Part shown: positions 44,901 through 55,100 of the stretch, in pieces
Layout: each line of letters begins with the position of its first letter
Position numbering within the stretch: position 1 is the first letter of the stretch
Assembly: GCA_022843605.1 (NCBI GenBank)
Contig: JALHNI010000009.1
Location: 11,704 to 75,703, forward strand
DNA from: Bryobacter sp.
GTDB lineage: Bacteria; Acidobacteriota; Terriglobia; Bryobacterales; Bryobacteraceae
Direction: 5' to 3'
DNA length: 64,000 bases
Made by a program: the position numbers and the translations under genes
Notes under the pieces: model-generated
Database searches by the model: none
What the model saw: only the letters and a program-made list of their open reading frames with translations
Told to the model about the DNA's origin: nothing

Positions 44901-45252
44901 CAATGGCCGCCGGCTGCCGCTCCAGAATACCGGTGTGCACAATGAGTTCGTCGCCGGGTTGCGCTACCGGGCCTGGCAGCCGCCACGTTGCCTGCACCCC
45001 ACGATTCCCGTGCATTCGCCCCTCGTCTTCGACGTTCTCGATAGCCAGAATGGCCGTTCGATCGGAGGGTGCACCTATCACGTGTCGCATCCAGGGGGGC
45101 GCACCTATGACACCTTTCCGGTGAACGGCAATGAAGCTCAGGCGCGTCGCGTGGGACGCTTCTTTGCCTTCGGCCACACGCCCGGTCCGATGCCGATTCC
45201 GGCGCTGGAGCCCAATCCGCAATTCCCCTGCACGCTCGACTTGAGGCGATAG
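41926..45252 (+). CDS. Large transglutaminase-family protein (Bact_transglu_N + transglutaminase core + DUF2126-type C-terminal region)
   Basis: Contains '[16 protein letters not shown]', catalytic-Cys segment '[29 protein letters not shown]' and '[22 protein letters not shown]', followed by a long conserved-looking C-terminus of about 800 aa. Confidence 0.8.
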   Translation: [1108 protein letters not shown]

Positions 45253-45266
45253 CCGCCGGCTTGGGG

Positions 45267-47816
45267 TCAGGAGCCGTAACGGCGCCAGAGGCGCTGAATC
45301 CAATCCGCGCGCCAAGTGCCGGAGGGTGGTGCTTTTGCCATTTCCTCGTGCAGTGGCGTCAGCAGCTTGCGTGCTTCTTCCCGCCGGCCATTCGCGGCGA
45401 GGCCGGCGGCGAGGGCGGCGTCGGCGTAGGAACGCATCCAATGCTTAGAGGTCAGAATCGGATTGAGGATCTCCTGAGCGGCGCGGGCGGGCGGCAGAGC
45501 TTCGGAGGCGCGTCCGTTTTCAATGAGCGCCGCAGCCAGGACGATGCGGGCGAAGCCGCGCTCAATGCGGGGCAGGGGCTTCAGCCGGTCGAGCCCGGCG
45601 ACGACCTCGGTTGCCAGTTGCAAGGCCTCGACGGGTTTGTTTTGTTCCAGGCGGAGGTTGGCGTACTTGAGAGAGGCGCTTAAGTACGGTAGCCGTTCCC
45701 TGCCGGTATTGCGCGTGTGCATCTCCACCACTTGGGCGAGGGTGGCGGCGGCTTCGTTGAGACGGTTTTCACCCTGCAGCACAATAGCCAGGTTCGAGAG
45801 GGAACTGGCGAGTTCGCCGCTGTTCGGACCGAGGAATTTACGATATTGATCGTGAGCCTCCCGGTAGATCTGTTCGGCCTTCGCATAGCGGCGTAGCGTC
45901 GCGTGGGTATTGGCTAGATTGTTCAGGGAGCGGGCGATCACGACGTGGCCTTCGGGATAGAGCTGGCGCGAGAAGTCAATCGACTGAGTGAAGTAGCGGG
46001 CGGCATCTTCGAACCGGCCCTGGCGGAAATAGAGGCCGCCGAGTTCGTCCAGGGTGACGGCGACGGTGGGGTTGCGCTTTGAGCCGGACGACCGAGCCAG
46101 GGCGAGACCAGAGAGCAGAGCTTTTTCCGCTCCCGCGAAGTCGTTTGTGTTTTTTAGGGCACGCCCGTGGCTGCGCAGGAGGTGGGCCTGTTCAAGTGGC
46201 CCGAGCTTGGCGGTTAAGCCTTTGGCCACGGCGGCTCCACAGAGAGGCGCGGCCGGGGCGAACTTGGCGGCCTGAAAGAGGGTGAGGCAGTGCTGTTCCA
46301 GTGCGGAGGCCTCGGCGGCTGGGTCAGCGGGACGGATGCTCCGCGCGATCGCAACGGAGCGAATGGCGGCGGCTTCGGCGGGAGCGTAGCGTCCGAGTTG
46401 GGAGAGGGCTGAGGAGAGTCCGGCAAGGGAGTGCGCCAGCCGGCGCGAAGGCGCGCCCGCGGAGTCGGAATCCACGATGGACTGGTAAAGCGCGAGAGCC
46501 TTTTCGTAAAGACCGAGTCCGGCATAGGCGTCGGCCATGGTTTCCGTGAGGTCGAGCCGCGTGGCGGGATCGAGGGCGGCGGACTGAATCGATTGGGCGC
46601 CCTGGTCAAGAAGTTCGCGGGTGGTGAGCCGATTGCCCTGGTTCACCTCGGGGTCAGAGGCCTGAAAGAGGCCCCGCAAAAAGGTGGCGACGGCTGTAGC
46701 GCGCTCGCGTTCACGGGAAATTTCGCGATTCTTGAAAAGTGTCAGCGCGACGGTGGAGAGCAAGAGTAACAGCAGCAGACCGGCGGAGGCAAACGCGACG
46801 GCATGACGGCGAACCAGCTTCGACAGGACGTACTGGAAGTTGCCCTGCCGGGCTTCGACGGGTAGGCCTTGCCGAAGACGCTCAATGTCGGCGGCTAAGT
46901 CGGCGGCGGAGGGGTAGCGATCCCTGGCGTCCTCGCGCGTCGCGCGGGCGATGATGGCGGTGAGATCGGCGGAGTGCGTGGCGCCGGCCAGTTTGGCCAG
47001 CAGCAGACCCAGGGAGTAGACGTCAGTGGCGGTGGTGAGCGTTTCGCCGCGCAGTTGTTCGGGGCTGGCAAAGGCCGGCGTAGCAGCGCGAAAGACGGTG
47101 GACGTGCGCTCGGACGCGGCGTCCAGCCCCGACGGATCGAGCGACTTGGCGATGCCGAAGTCGAGGAGTTTGGGATGCCCGGCGGCCGTAACCAGGATGT
47201 TCGAGGGCTTCAGGTCGCGATGGACGACCAGGCGCTGGTGGGCGTAGTGCACGGCCAGGGCCACTTCGGCGAACAGGGCAAGGCGCTTGTCCAAGGGCAG
47301 CGGCTGCGCGTGGGTGAGCAGGTCCTGACCCTCAATGTACTCAAGGACCAAATACGGTAGACCGTCCGGCGTGACGCCGCCGTCGAGTAATTTGCAGATA
47401 TTGCGGTGTTCGAGTAGTGCGACGATCTGGCGTTCGGCTTCGAAGCGCAGCCGAATCTGGCGAGCCATCGCCTCGGTCAACAACGGGGGCAGGGCGATCA
47501 CCTTGATGGCGACACGCTGCTCATAGCCGGAGATACGCTCGCCTCGGTAGACAATGCTCATTCCGCCTTGGCCAATCTCTTCCATCAGACGCCACACTCC
47601 GATGGTGGACGAAAGCGCTGGTTTCCGGGTGGCGAGCGCACTGGTTTCGAGGTAGCCGGGGGCCGAATCAGAGGCGGACAGAAGGCTCGAGACCTCGGCG
47701 CGGACGGCCGGGTCAGCTTCGGGGTGATTTAGCCAAGCCAATTGCCGTTCTTCGGGAGGAAGGGCGAAAAGCGAATCCAGAATGCCGCTGGCCCTGGACC
47801 AGAGCTCATCGTTCAT
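45267..47816 (-). CDS. Ser/Thr protein kinase with one TM segment and C-terminal TPR array
   Basis: Contains 'IGQGGMSIVYRGE', 'VAIKVI', 'HRDLKPSNILV' and 'DFGIAK', then a TM stretch 'AFASAGLLLLLLLSTVALTLF' and multiple TPR-like repeats. Confidence 0.85.
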   Translation of the reverse strand: MNDELWSRASGILDSLFALPPEERQLAWLNHPEADPAVRAEVSSLLSASDSAPGYLETSALATRKPALSSTIGVWRLMEEIGQGGMSIVYRGERISGYEQRVAIKVIALPPLLTEAMARQIRLRFEAERQIVALLEHRNICKLLDGGVTPDGLPYLVLEYIEGQDLLTHAQPLPLDKRLALFAEVALAVHYAHQRLVVHRDLKPSNILVTAAGHPKLLDFGIAKSLDPSGLDAASERTSTVFRAATPAFASPEQLRGETLTTATDVYSLGLLLAKLAGATHSADLTAIIARATREDARDRYPSAADLAADIERLRQGLPVEARQGNFQYVLSKLVRRHAVAFASAGLLLLLLLSTVALTLFKNREISRERERATAVATFLRGLFQASDPEVNQGNRLTTRELLDQGAQSIQSAALDPATRLDLTETMADAYAGLGLYEKALALYQSIVDSDSAGAPSRRLAHSLAGLSSALSQLGRYAPAEAAAIRSVAIARSIRPADPAAEASALEQHCLTLFQAAKFAPAAPLCGAAVAKGLTAKLGPLEQAHLLRSHGRALKNTNDFAGAEKALLSGLALARSSGSKRNPTVAVTLDELGGLYFRQGRFEDAARYFTQSIDFSRQLYPEGHVVIARSLNNLANTHATLRRYAKAEQIYREAHDQYRKFLGPNSGELASSLSNLAIVLQGENRLNEAAATLAQVVEMHTRNTGRERLPYLSASLKYANLRLEQNKPVEALQLATEVVAGLDRLKPLPRIERGFARIVLAAALIENGRASEALPPARAAQEILNPILTSKHWMRSYADAALAAGLAANGRREEARKLLTPLHEEMAKAPPSGTWRADWIQRLWRRYGS

Positions 47817-48450
47817 GCGAGACCTGCGGAGGAGTGTTCAATTCGCGGTAGAGCCAGGCGCGTGCGATGAGCCAGTCGCGCTGCACGGTGGCGGGACTCA
47901 CGGCGAGATGGGCGGCGATTTCGTCCCCGCTCATGCCCCCGAAGAAGCGCAGTTCCACCACCTGGGCGCGGCGGCTGTCGAAGGATGCGAGGCGGGTGAG
48001 TGCGTCGTCGAGGTCGGAATAGTGCGAGAGATCCGCGCTCAGGGGGAGTCCTTCGTCGAGCGAGAAGACGGCATTCGGCGTGCGCTTTTCCGCCTTTTGT
48101 CTACGAGCATGATCCACCAGGATGCGTCGCATCGCCTGGGCGGCGACCGCGAAAAAGTGTCCGCGGCTCTGCCATTCAACGCCGTTTTGGCCGAGCAGTC
48201 GCAGATAGGCTTCATGGACCAAGGCTGTCCCCTGCAGGGTATGGCCGGGCTTTTCCTGCGAAAGGTAGCCCTGCGCGAGGCGACGCAACTCGTTGTAAAG
48301 AAGAGGAAAAAGATCAGAAAAAGCCGATTGGTCCCCTGCGCGCCAGCGGATGAGAAGTTGTGTGATCTCGGGCTTCGAAGCCGCCGGATCACAAATGTTT
48401 TCTTCGTTGAGCAAATTTCTCTCCGCGCTGCGCTGAATGGACAAACCCAT
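47806..48450 (-). CDS. ECF-type sigma factor (PF07638 / Sig-70_X6-like)
   Basis: 'ITQLLIRWRAGDQSAFSDLFPLLYNELRRLAQGYLSQEKPGHTLQGTALVHEAYLRL' is the characteristic N-terminus of this ECF group. It has a C-terminal helix-turn-helix 'GGMSGDEIAAHLAVSPATVQRDW' and an 11-nt overlap with the kinase gene. Confidence 0.85.
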   Translation of the reverse strand: MGLSIQRSAERNLLNEENICDPAASKPEITQLLIRWRAGDQSAFSDLFPLLYNELRRLAQGYLSQEKPGHTLQGTALVHEAYLRLLGQNGVEWQSRGHFFAVAAQAMRRILVDHARRQKAEKRTPNAVFSLDEGLPLSADLSHYSDLDDALTRLASFDSRRAQVVELRFFGGMSGDEIAAHLAVSPATVQRDWLIARAWLYRELNTPPQVSHER

Positions 48451-49171
48451 GACTCAACGTCTCATCTTACTTCTCGTTCTGGGCGCGATGCGGTGGAGCG
48501 CGGCTGGCGCAACACTGACCTTAACGTCCCAGGAACTTCACCTGTACATCGACCAGGGAGCACCAGGTTTTTATAGTCCCAGCAGCGTCGAGTACTTCAC
48601 GAATCTCGATGGCGACAACTTTGGCGACTATGGTTGGCTCATCACCAACAATACAGCGAACCCTTGGGCAAACATTTCGCTCCTCTTTTTCCTGGATGCG
48701 GAATGGGACCTCGGCACCAATCTGGTTTCGAACGAGTATGGGGAGTTTTTGAGTATTGGGCTCGCGAATGGTGCGCCTCCAGGAGCTTTGGCGCCACAAG
48801 GTTGGGAGATTGACGAGCCGGGCTACGTTTTTGGCGATATCTACACGAACGTCAGTTTCAACGGCATTTTGGACAATCAGAATGCGGTTCCTTCCAACAT
48901 GCCGGACGATGTTTCGCTCGCGTTCCTCTGGGCGACGACCAATCTGGGGCCGGGCGACAGTCTGCGTTTGACGATCCTGCATCAAAGCGCGGCAGTGGAT
49001 GGGATCGGGCACTTCGATCCGGATTCGCAGGCTGTGTTCTACGTCAACGGCTACCTGGAGGTGATCTCGAACGCCGCTCCGGGAACCGGGGTGCCTGAAC
49101 CGGGCATGGGATGGGCATTGGGAGCCGGGTTGGCGGCAATTCTCTGGGTCCGCCGTAAGGGAGGGAAGTAA
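48437..49171 (+). CDS. PEP-CTERM sorting-domain protein
   Basis: Signal peptide and C-terminal 'VPEPGMGWALGAGLAAILWVRRKGGK' (PEP motif, TM helix, basic tail). An alternative start lies at 48449. Confidence 0.75.
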   Translation: MDKPMTQRLILLLVLGAMRWSAAGATLTLTSQELHLYIDQGAPGFYSPSSVEYFTNLDGDNFGDYGWLITNNTANPWANISLLFFLDAEWDLGTNLVSNEYGEFLSIGLANGAPPGALAPQGWEIDEPGYVFGDIYTNVSFNGILDNQNAVPSNMPDDVSLAFLWATTNLGPGDSLRLTILHQSAAVDGIGHFDPDSQAVFYVNGYLEVISNAAPGTGVPEPGMGWALGAGLAAILWVRRKGGK

Positions 49172-49173
49172 CT

Positions 49174-52100
49174 ATGAAGCGAGTCCTGATCGTTACGGCG
49201 TCGTTACTGATGAGTTGGAGCGTCTTTGAGGGACAAGGCTCCCCGGACTTGACGGTGGAGTCGATTTCGACCACTTCGCTGACGACGAACACGCAGACGC
49301 TGGTGGTGGGCGGGTCAATTCAGCCGGTGATCCGCAACCTGGGCGGCGGGGCGAGCGCCGCGTTCACGGTGCAGGTCTTCGAGGACCGGAATGCGAACCA
49401 GGTTTACGATGCCGGCACAGATGTGAACCTGGGGAGTGCCGCCGTGCCCTCCCTGTCGGCGGGCGCATCGGCGTCGCCGGCGATTCCGGTAAGCGGTACA
49501 TTGCTTTTCGCTGGCAACATCCTATACGTGCGTGCCGATTCCGCCAATGTTGTGACGGAATCGAATGAGGGCAACAATACCCGGCACACGGGGCAAGCCT
49601 ATACGTTTCAATTCAGCGGCGGACTGAACCCGGTGGTTCTTTGGGATCGCGCGTCCTTCACGCTGGCGCCCACCAGCCGCCGCGTGACGAATCCCATCGC
49701 GGTTGGCGACCTGGACGGCGATGGATTTCCCGAGGTCGTAATCACCACCTTCGTGACGAGCATCACCGCCGACGGCACCTTGCGGGTGCTGGATGGCCGC
49801 GATGGCAGCGAGAAGATGACCATTGTCGATCCCGCACTAGCCTTGCGCCCCACAGCCGGAATTGCTCTCGGCGACATTGACCTGGACGGACGCGCCGAGA
49901 TCGTGACGATGGACGAGTCCTGTCAGGTGATCGTTTTCGAGCACGACGGTACGCTCAAGTGGCGTGGGGCGGTCTCCGTGGCGACAGCTGCGCGATGCTA
50001 TGGTTCTCCCACACTCGCCGACCTGAATCGCGATGGCTCGCCGGAGATCGTGGCCGGACGCCGTGTCTATTCAAATACGGGCACCCTGCTATGGACGGGG
50101 ACCGCGCAGAATGGCGGACCGTGGGGGCCGCTGTCCGTGGCGGCCGACATCGACGGCAGCGGTGACCTTGAAGTGGTGGCTGGCCCCACGGCTTACGACT
50201 CGAACGGCAACATCCGCTACAATCGCACGTCGACCTATTCGGAAGGCTATCCGGCGGTGGCGAATCTGGATGCGGACCCGCAGGCCGAGATCATCTTCAA
50301 GCCGCGCTCGGGCAATGCGTTGGTGGTGCTGGAACACGATGGCACCACGAAGTGGGAGGCGCCGTGGAATGAGACTGGAGGCGGTCCGCCGACCGTGGGC
50401 AACTTCGACAGCGACCCCGAGCCCGAGATCGGCGTGGCCAGCAGTGTGAACTTTCGCGTGTATGAGGCCAACGGCACGCTGAAGTGGAGCAACACGATCA
50501 TTGACAGCAGTTCGGGGATTACCAGTGCGACGCTCTTTGACTTCGACAACGACGGCATCACGGAGGTCGTTTTCGCGGATCAGGAGTATATCTACATCTG
50601 GCGAGGAACGGACGGCGCCGAACTGTTTCGTGCGGCGCGGGTCAGCAATACCGCCATCGACATGCCGGTGGTGGCGGACGTGGACGGCGATGGACATGCG
50701 GACATCATCGCGCCTCGCAGCGGTATCTCTGCCGGCGAGCAAGGCATCGTGGTGTACCGTGGCGCGGGCCTGAACTGGGCCAACACGCGGCGGCTATGGA
50801 ATCAATCGGCCTATTCGATTACGAACGTGCTGGATGATCTGCGCATTCCGCAGACCTTCACGCCGAACTGGCTGGTGCCGGGCTTGAACAACTTCCGGCT
50901 GAATACGTTTCTGCCGGGTCAGGGAGTCGCGCCGAACTCGGTGGGCGATTTGACGATCAGCTATCTCCGCCGCGACGATCGGGACTTTCCCGGCAAGACG
51001 GTATTGACCGCGCGCATCGGTAACGGGGGCGCTGTGGTGATTCCGCCAGGCGGTGTTCGATTCACGGCGGGCGCCGGTGGACCCGTCATTTGTACGACGC
51101 AGGGCAACGGTCTGCTGCAGCCGGGACAGTTTCAGGATGTCTCTTGCGACTACCTGAGTCCGGTGCCGGGCGCGCAGAACATCGTGGCGCAGGTCGATTT
51201 CGCCAACGCGATTCCGGAAGGCGACGAGAACAACAACACGGCGGGAGCGAATCTGGTGATCGGCCTGGGGCCGGCCCAGAGCGTGAACGAACTGACGGTG
51301 CGGTCCCGCGATGCGGCGATCGACGTGAAGTGGACGCCGGTGCCGGGCGCGGTGAGCTACAACATCTACCGGCGGGCGGGAACCGCGCCGTACGCGCTGC
51401 ATCGCGCGGCCTACGTGAACGCGTTGGGCGCCTTTGCGGATACGGGGCTGACGAACAATACGGTTTATTGGTACAACGTGCGTTGGCTGAATGCGACCGG
51501 CGTTGAGTCGCCGCTGGGTACGGAAGCCAGCGCCACGCCGATTCCCCGCACGCAGCGTGGCGATACGGCGCCGACCATCACCAGTCTGCCGGTGACGCAG
51601 GGCCGCACCGGGCTGCTCTACCGATATCAGTTGATCGCCTCCGATCCTGACGCCGGCGATACCAAGACGTTCGAACTGAGCGCCCCTCCGACCGGCATGA
51701 CGGTGGGCGCCGCTTCGGGCTTGATCGAGTGGACGCCGCTGCCTGGACAGGCCGGCGCCCATCGCATCGCGGCCTCCGTGCGCGATTCGCGCAACCGGGT
51801 GACCAGCCAGACCTTCGAAATCTTTGTCGAGACGCAGGTGGTTAACAGTCCGCCGGTGATTCTGAGCACTGCCTTGACGTTCGCCATGGTGGGCAAGCCT
51901 TATGCCTATACGGTGCGTGCCAGCGATCCCGATGCCGGCGACCTACTGAGCTTCACGCGCCTCGCCGGCCCGGCCGGCCTGAGCGTGCATTCCTCCACCG
52001 GGGCCGTCATCTGGCTCCCGGCGATCAACCAACTCGGCAGCCACGCGGTGAGCGTGCGCGTGCAGGATCTAGCCGGCTTGAGCCAGACCCAGACGTATCA

Positions 52101-55100
52101 GATTCAGGTGACCAATCCCAATCGCCAACCGACGATTTCGAGCACGCCGCCGTTAAGCGGGCTGGTCGGCGCGGTCTATTCCTATCTCCCCGTTGCGAGC
52201 GATCCCGATGCGGGCGACGTGCTGAGTTGGAGCCTGATCAACGGCCCGGTTGGCGCTTCCGTCCATGCCAATACCGGCGCTTTGCAGTTCACGCCGGCCG
52301 CGGCGGGGCAGTACGCGTTCACGATTGAAGTGATGGACTTGCTGGGTGCCTTCCAGCGCCAGAGCTTTACGGTGAACGTCAGCGCATCGGTGAACAATCC
52401 GCCGGTGATCACTTCGGTTGCGCCCCTGGTGGCCGAACCCGGGCAGAGCTACTTCTATCAGGCCGCCGCGACCGACGCGGAGGGCGATTTGGTGCAGTTC
52501 GGCCTGGTTTCCGGCCCCTCAGGAATGCAGGTGACCCCGGCTGGCGCAGTGCTGTGGAGCGTGCCGTCCAACGCGACTGGCTCACAAGCGGTGACCATCC
52601 GGGCGGCCGACCCGTTCGGGGGCACGGCGCTGCAGAACTTTACGATTCAGATTGCGCCAGTGGACAATACGCCGCCGGTATTGAGCATCGTCAGCCCTGC
52701 CTTAAATGCGACGGTGAGCGGCGATGTCGCGGTGAGTGGGACGGTGACCGATCCGAATCTGCTCAATTGGTGGCTGGAGTACCAGATCTCGGGTGGCACG
52801 CAATGGTTCCTGTTGAATCAAGGCACCACGAACGTATCCAACGGCGTGCTGGGTACCTTCCCTGGCACCCTCCTGGCAAACAATCCCTACGTGCTGCGCC
52901 TGACGGCCTTCGACCGGCGGCAGGGCGCCAACGTGCAGAGTTTCGTTCGGGTTGGCGGTGACGCGGTGAAACTCGGCGCGTTTACCCTCGACTACACGGA
53001 CCTGCGTTTGCCCGCGCTCATGATGCCGATTGAAGTGAAGCGGCATTACGATTCGCGGAAGCCCTACTGGAATGATTTTGGCCAAGGCTGGGCACTGGGC
53101 TTCTCGGAGATCGATCTGCGCATCGACGGTAACTACAACGCCTATGTAACGCTGCCCAACGGCCGCGAGGCCGTGTTCGCGTTCACGCCGGTGCAGCCGA
53201 GCCCACTGTTTCCGGCGCTCGAGAATCGTTATACGGCGCCCGGCGGTGTCGACGATAAGCTTGAAAACCTGGACTGCCCTGGTTTCCTGGGCGCGGGGCA
53301 GACTTTCGCTTGTCTGGGCGGCGATACACCCTTCCAGCAGTACAATCCGAAGCGCTGGCGGCTGACCACCAAAGATGGCCTGCAACTCACGATCGTGAAC
53401 GCAGTGATCACGCGCATTGAGGATCGCAACGGGAACTGGGTGCAGATCGCGCCCGCCGGCATCTCGGCCTCGAATGGCCGGAACGTGCAGTTTACCCGAG
53501 ATGGTGCCGGCCGCATCACGCAAATCGCCGATGCGCGCGGCAATCGCCAAACCTACGCCTACGATGCACAGGGGCGCCTGATTCAGCACCTGGATCCACA
53601 AAACCAAGGCACCAGTTTCGAGTATGCCGGTGTGACGCATCTCGTCAGCCGCATCATCAACGCGGGAGGCTGCCAGGCTGTACGACAGGAGTTCGACGCG
53701 GGTGGACGCCTGACCGCGCGGGTTGACAGCGCAGGGCGCCGCACCGAGTACTCCTACGATCTCGGCGCGCGCCGGCTGACGAAACTCCTGCCCGGCCCGA
53801 TCACGACGGTGGAGACCTACGATGCCGCGGGAAATGTCCTCAGCTTCACCAACGGCGAGGGCCAGACGCTGCAGTTCTCCTACGACCTCAACGGCCGGCG
53901 AGTTCTCACCACGATGCCCAGCGGCCGCCGGATCGCCCGTACCTATGACGCGAACGGCAATCCGCTGACCGAAGAGGACGGCCCGAACGGCGGGCCATAT
54001 CTGGTGACGTCTTACCAATGGACCGCGGAAAATCTGCTGTCGCGGCTGACGCGTCCCAACGGCGAGTACCAGACCTTTGAGTACAACGCGCAGGGCAATC
54101 TGCTGCGGTCGCAAGTTTTCAGCGCGGGCGGAGTGCTCGCGGAGGAGCGCACCTTCACTTATGACGTCCGCGGCCGCCTGCTCACCGAGAACAGCGAGCG
54201 CGGAATCTACCAGTACAGCTACGACGTTTCGGGCAACCTGATCCGGATTGCGGACGGCGCCTCGCGGGCCCAAAACTTTGCCTACGACTCGACGGGCAAC
54301 ATCGTGACGGCTTTTAACGGCATGGGGCAGCGTTTTGACCGCACCTGGGACGCCTACGGATTGCCGGGCAACGCACTGGCCGGCGGCGGCATCCATCGCA
54401 CGCAGACGTGGAACATCTTCGGCAAGCCCGCGTCCACCGGCAACGGACTTGGACATAACTTCCTCTTTGGCTACAACTGCTCCGGCGACCTGACGCAGGT
54501 CACCGATCCACTGGGAGGAGCAACGCAGTACGACCGCAATGGTTTGGGCCGCGAGGTGGAGATGCGGGATGCCTTGAACCGAGCCACCAGCTACGCCTAC
54601 GATCGAAACGGCTTGCTGACCACACGTACCAGCCCGGCCGGCGATGCCGCACTCCAGAGCTTCAATGCCGATGGGCAACTCTCGATCTTCAATCACGGTC
54701 TTGGCCCGGTAGCGATTGCCTACGACGGCTACGGGCGCAAGGCGAGCGAACTGTCGGCCGATCGTAGCGATACCTTTGCTCACGATGCTCGCGGGCGAGT
54801 GAGTTCCATCGTCAGCACCGGCAACGCCGCAGGCACCATGACGTTCGTCCGCAACGCGGCGAACAAGCTGGTGAGCGTGACCGACCGCTTCAACCGCACC
54901 CTCGGCTACACCTACGACAATCTCGGCCGCCGCGCGACCATGACTGCCGCCGACGGCACGGTGACCACCTATACCTACGATGCGGGCGGCAAGATCTCCC
55001 GCATCGCCACCGGCACCGACTGGGCCGAGTACAGCTACGATGCGAGCGGCCGCCGCACCGGGTTGCTCTACAGCAACGGCGTACGGGCCGCCTATAGCTG

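Noticed and set aside
41875-45441. Long minus-strand ORFs (41875..43065, 43156..43914, 43918..45441) opposite the DUF2126 transglutaminase gene
   Set aside because: The plus-strand gene has clear family hallmarks along its whole length, and the antisense ORFs have no motifs and skewed composition. The same reasoning applies to 26689..28122, 10586..11536, 12315..13367, 13703..14659, 50794..51762, 58015..58860 and 61712..62512.
51560-52680. Tandem ~285-bp periodicity in the giant gene, considered as a possible DNA-level repeat array
   Set aside because: The periodicity is at the protein-domain level (four diverged Ig-like modules). The nucleotide sequences of the units are clearly different, so this is neither a recent tandem duplication nor a CRISPR-like array.
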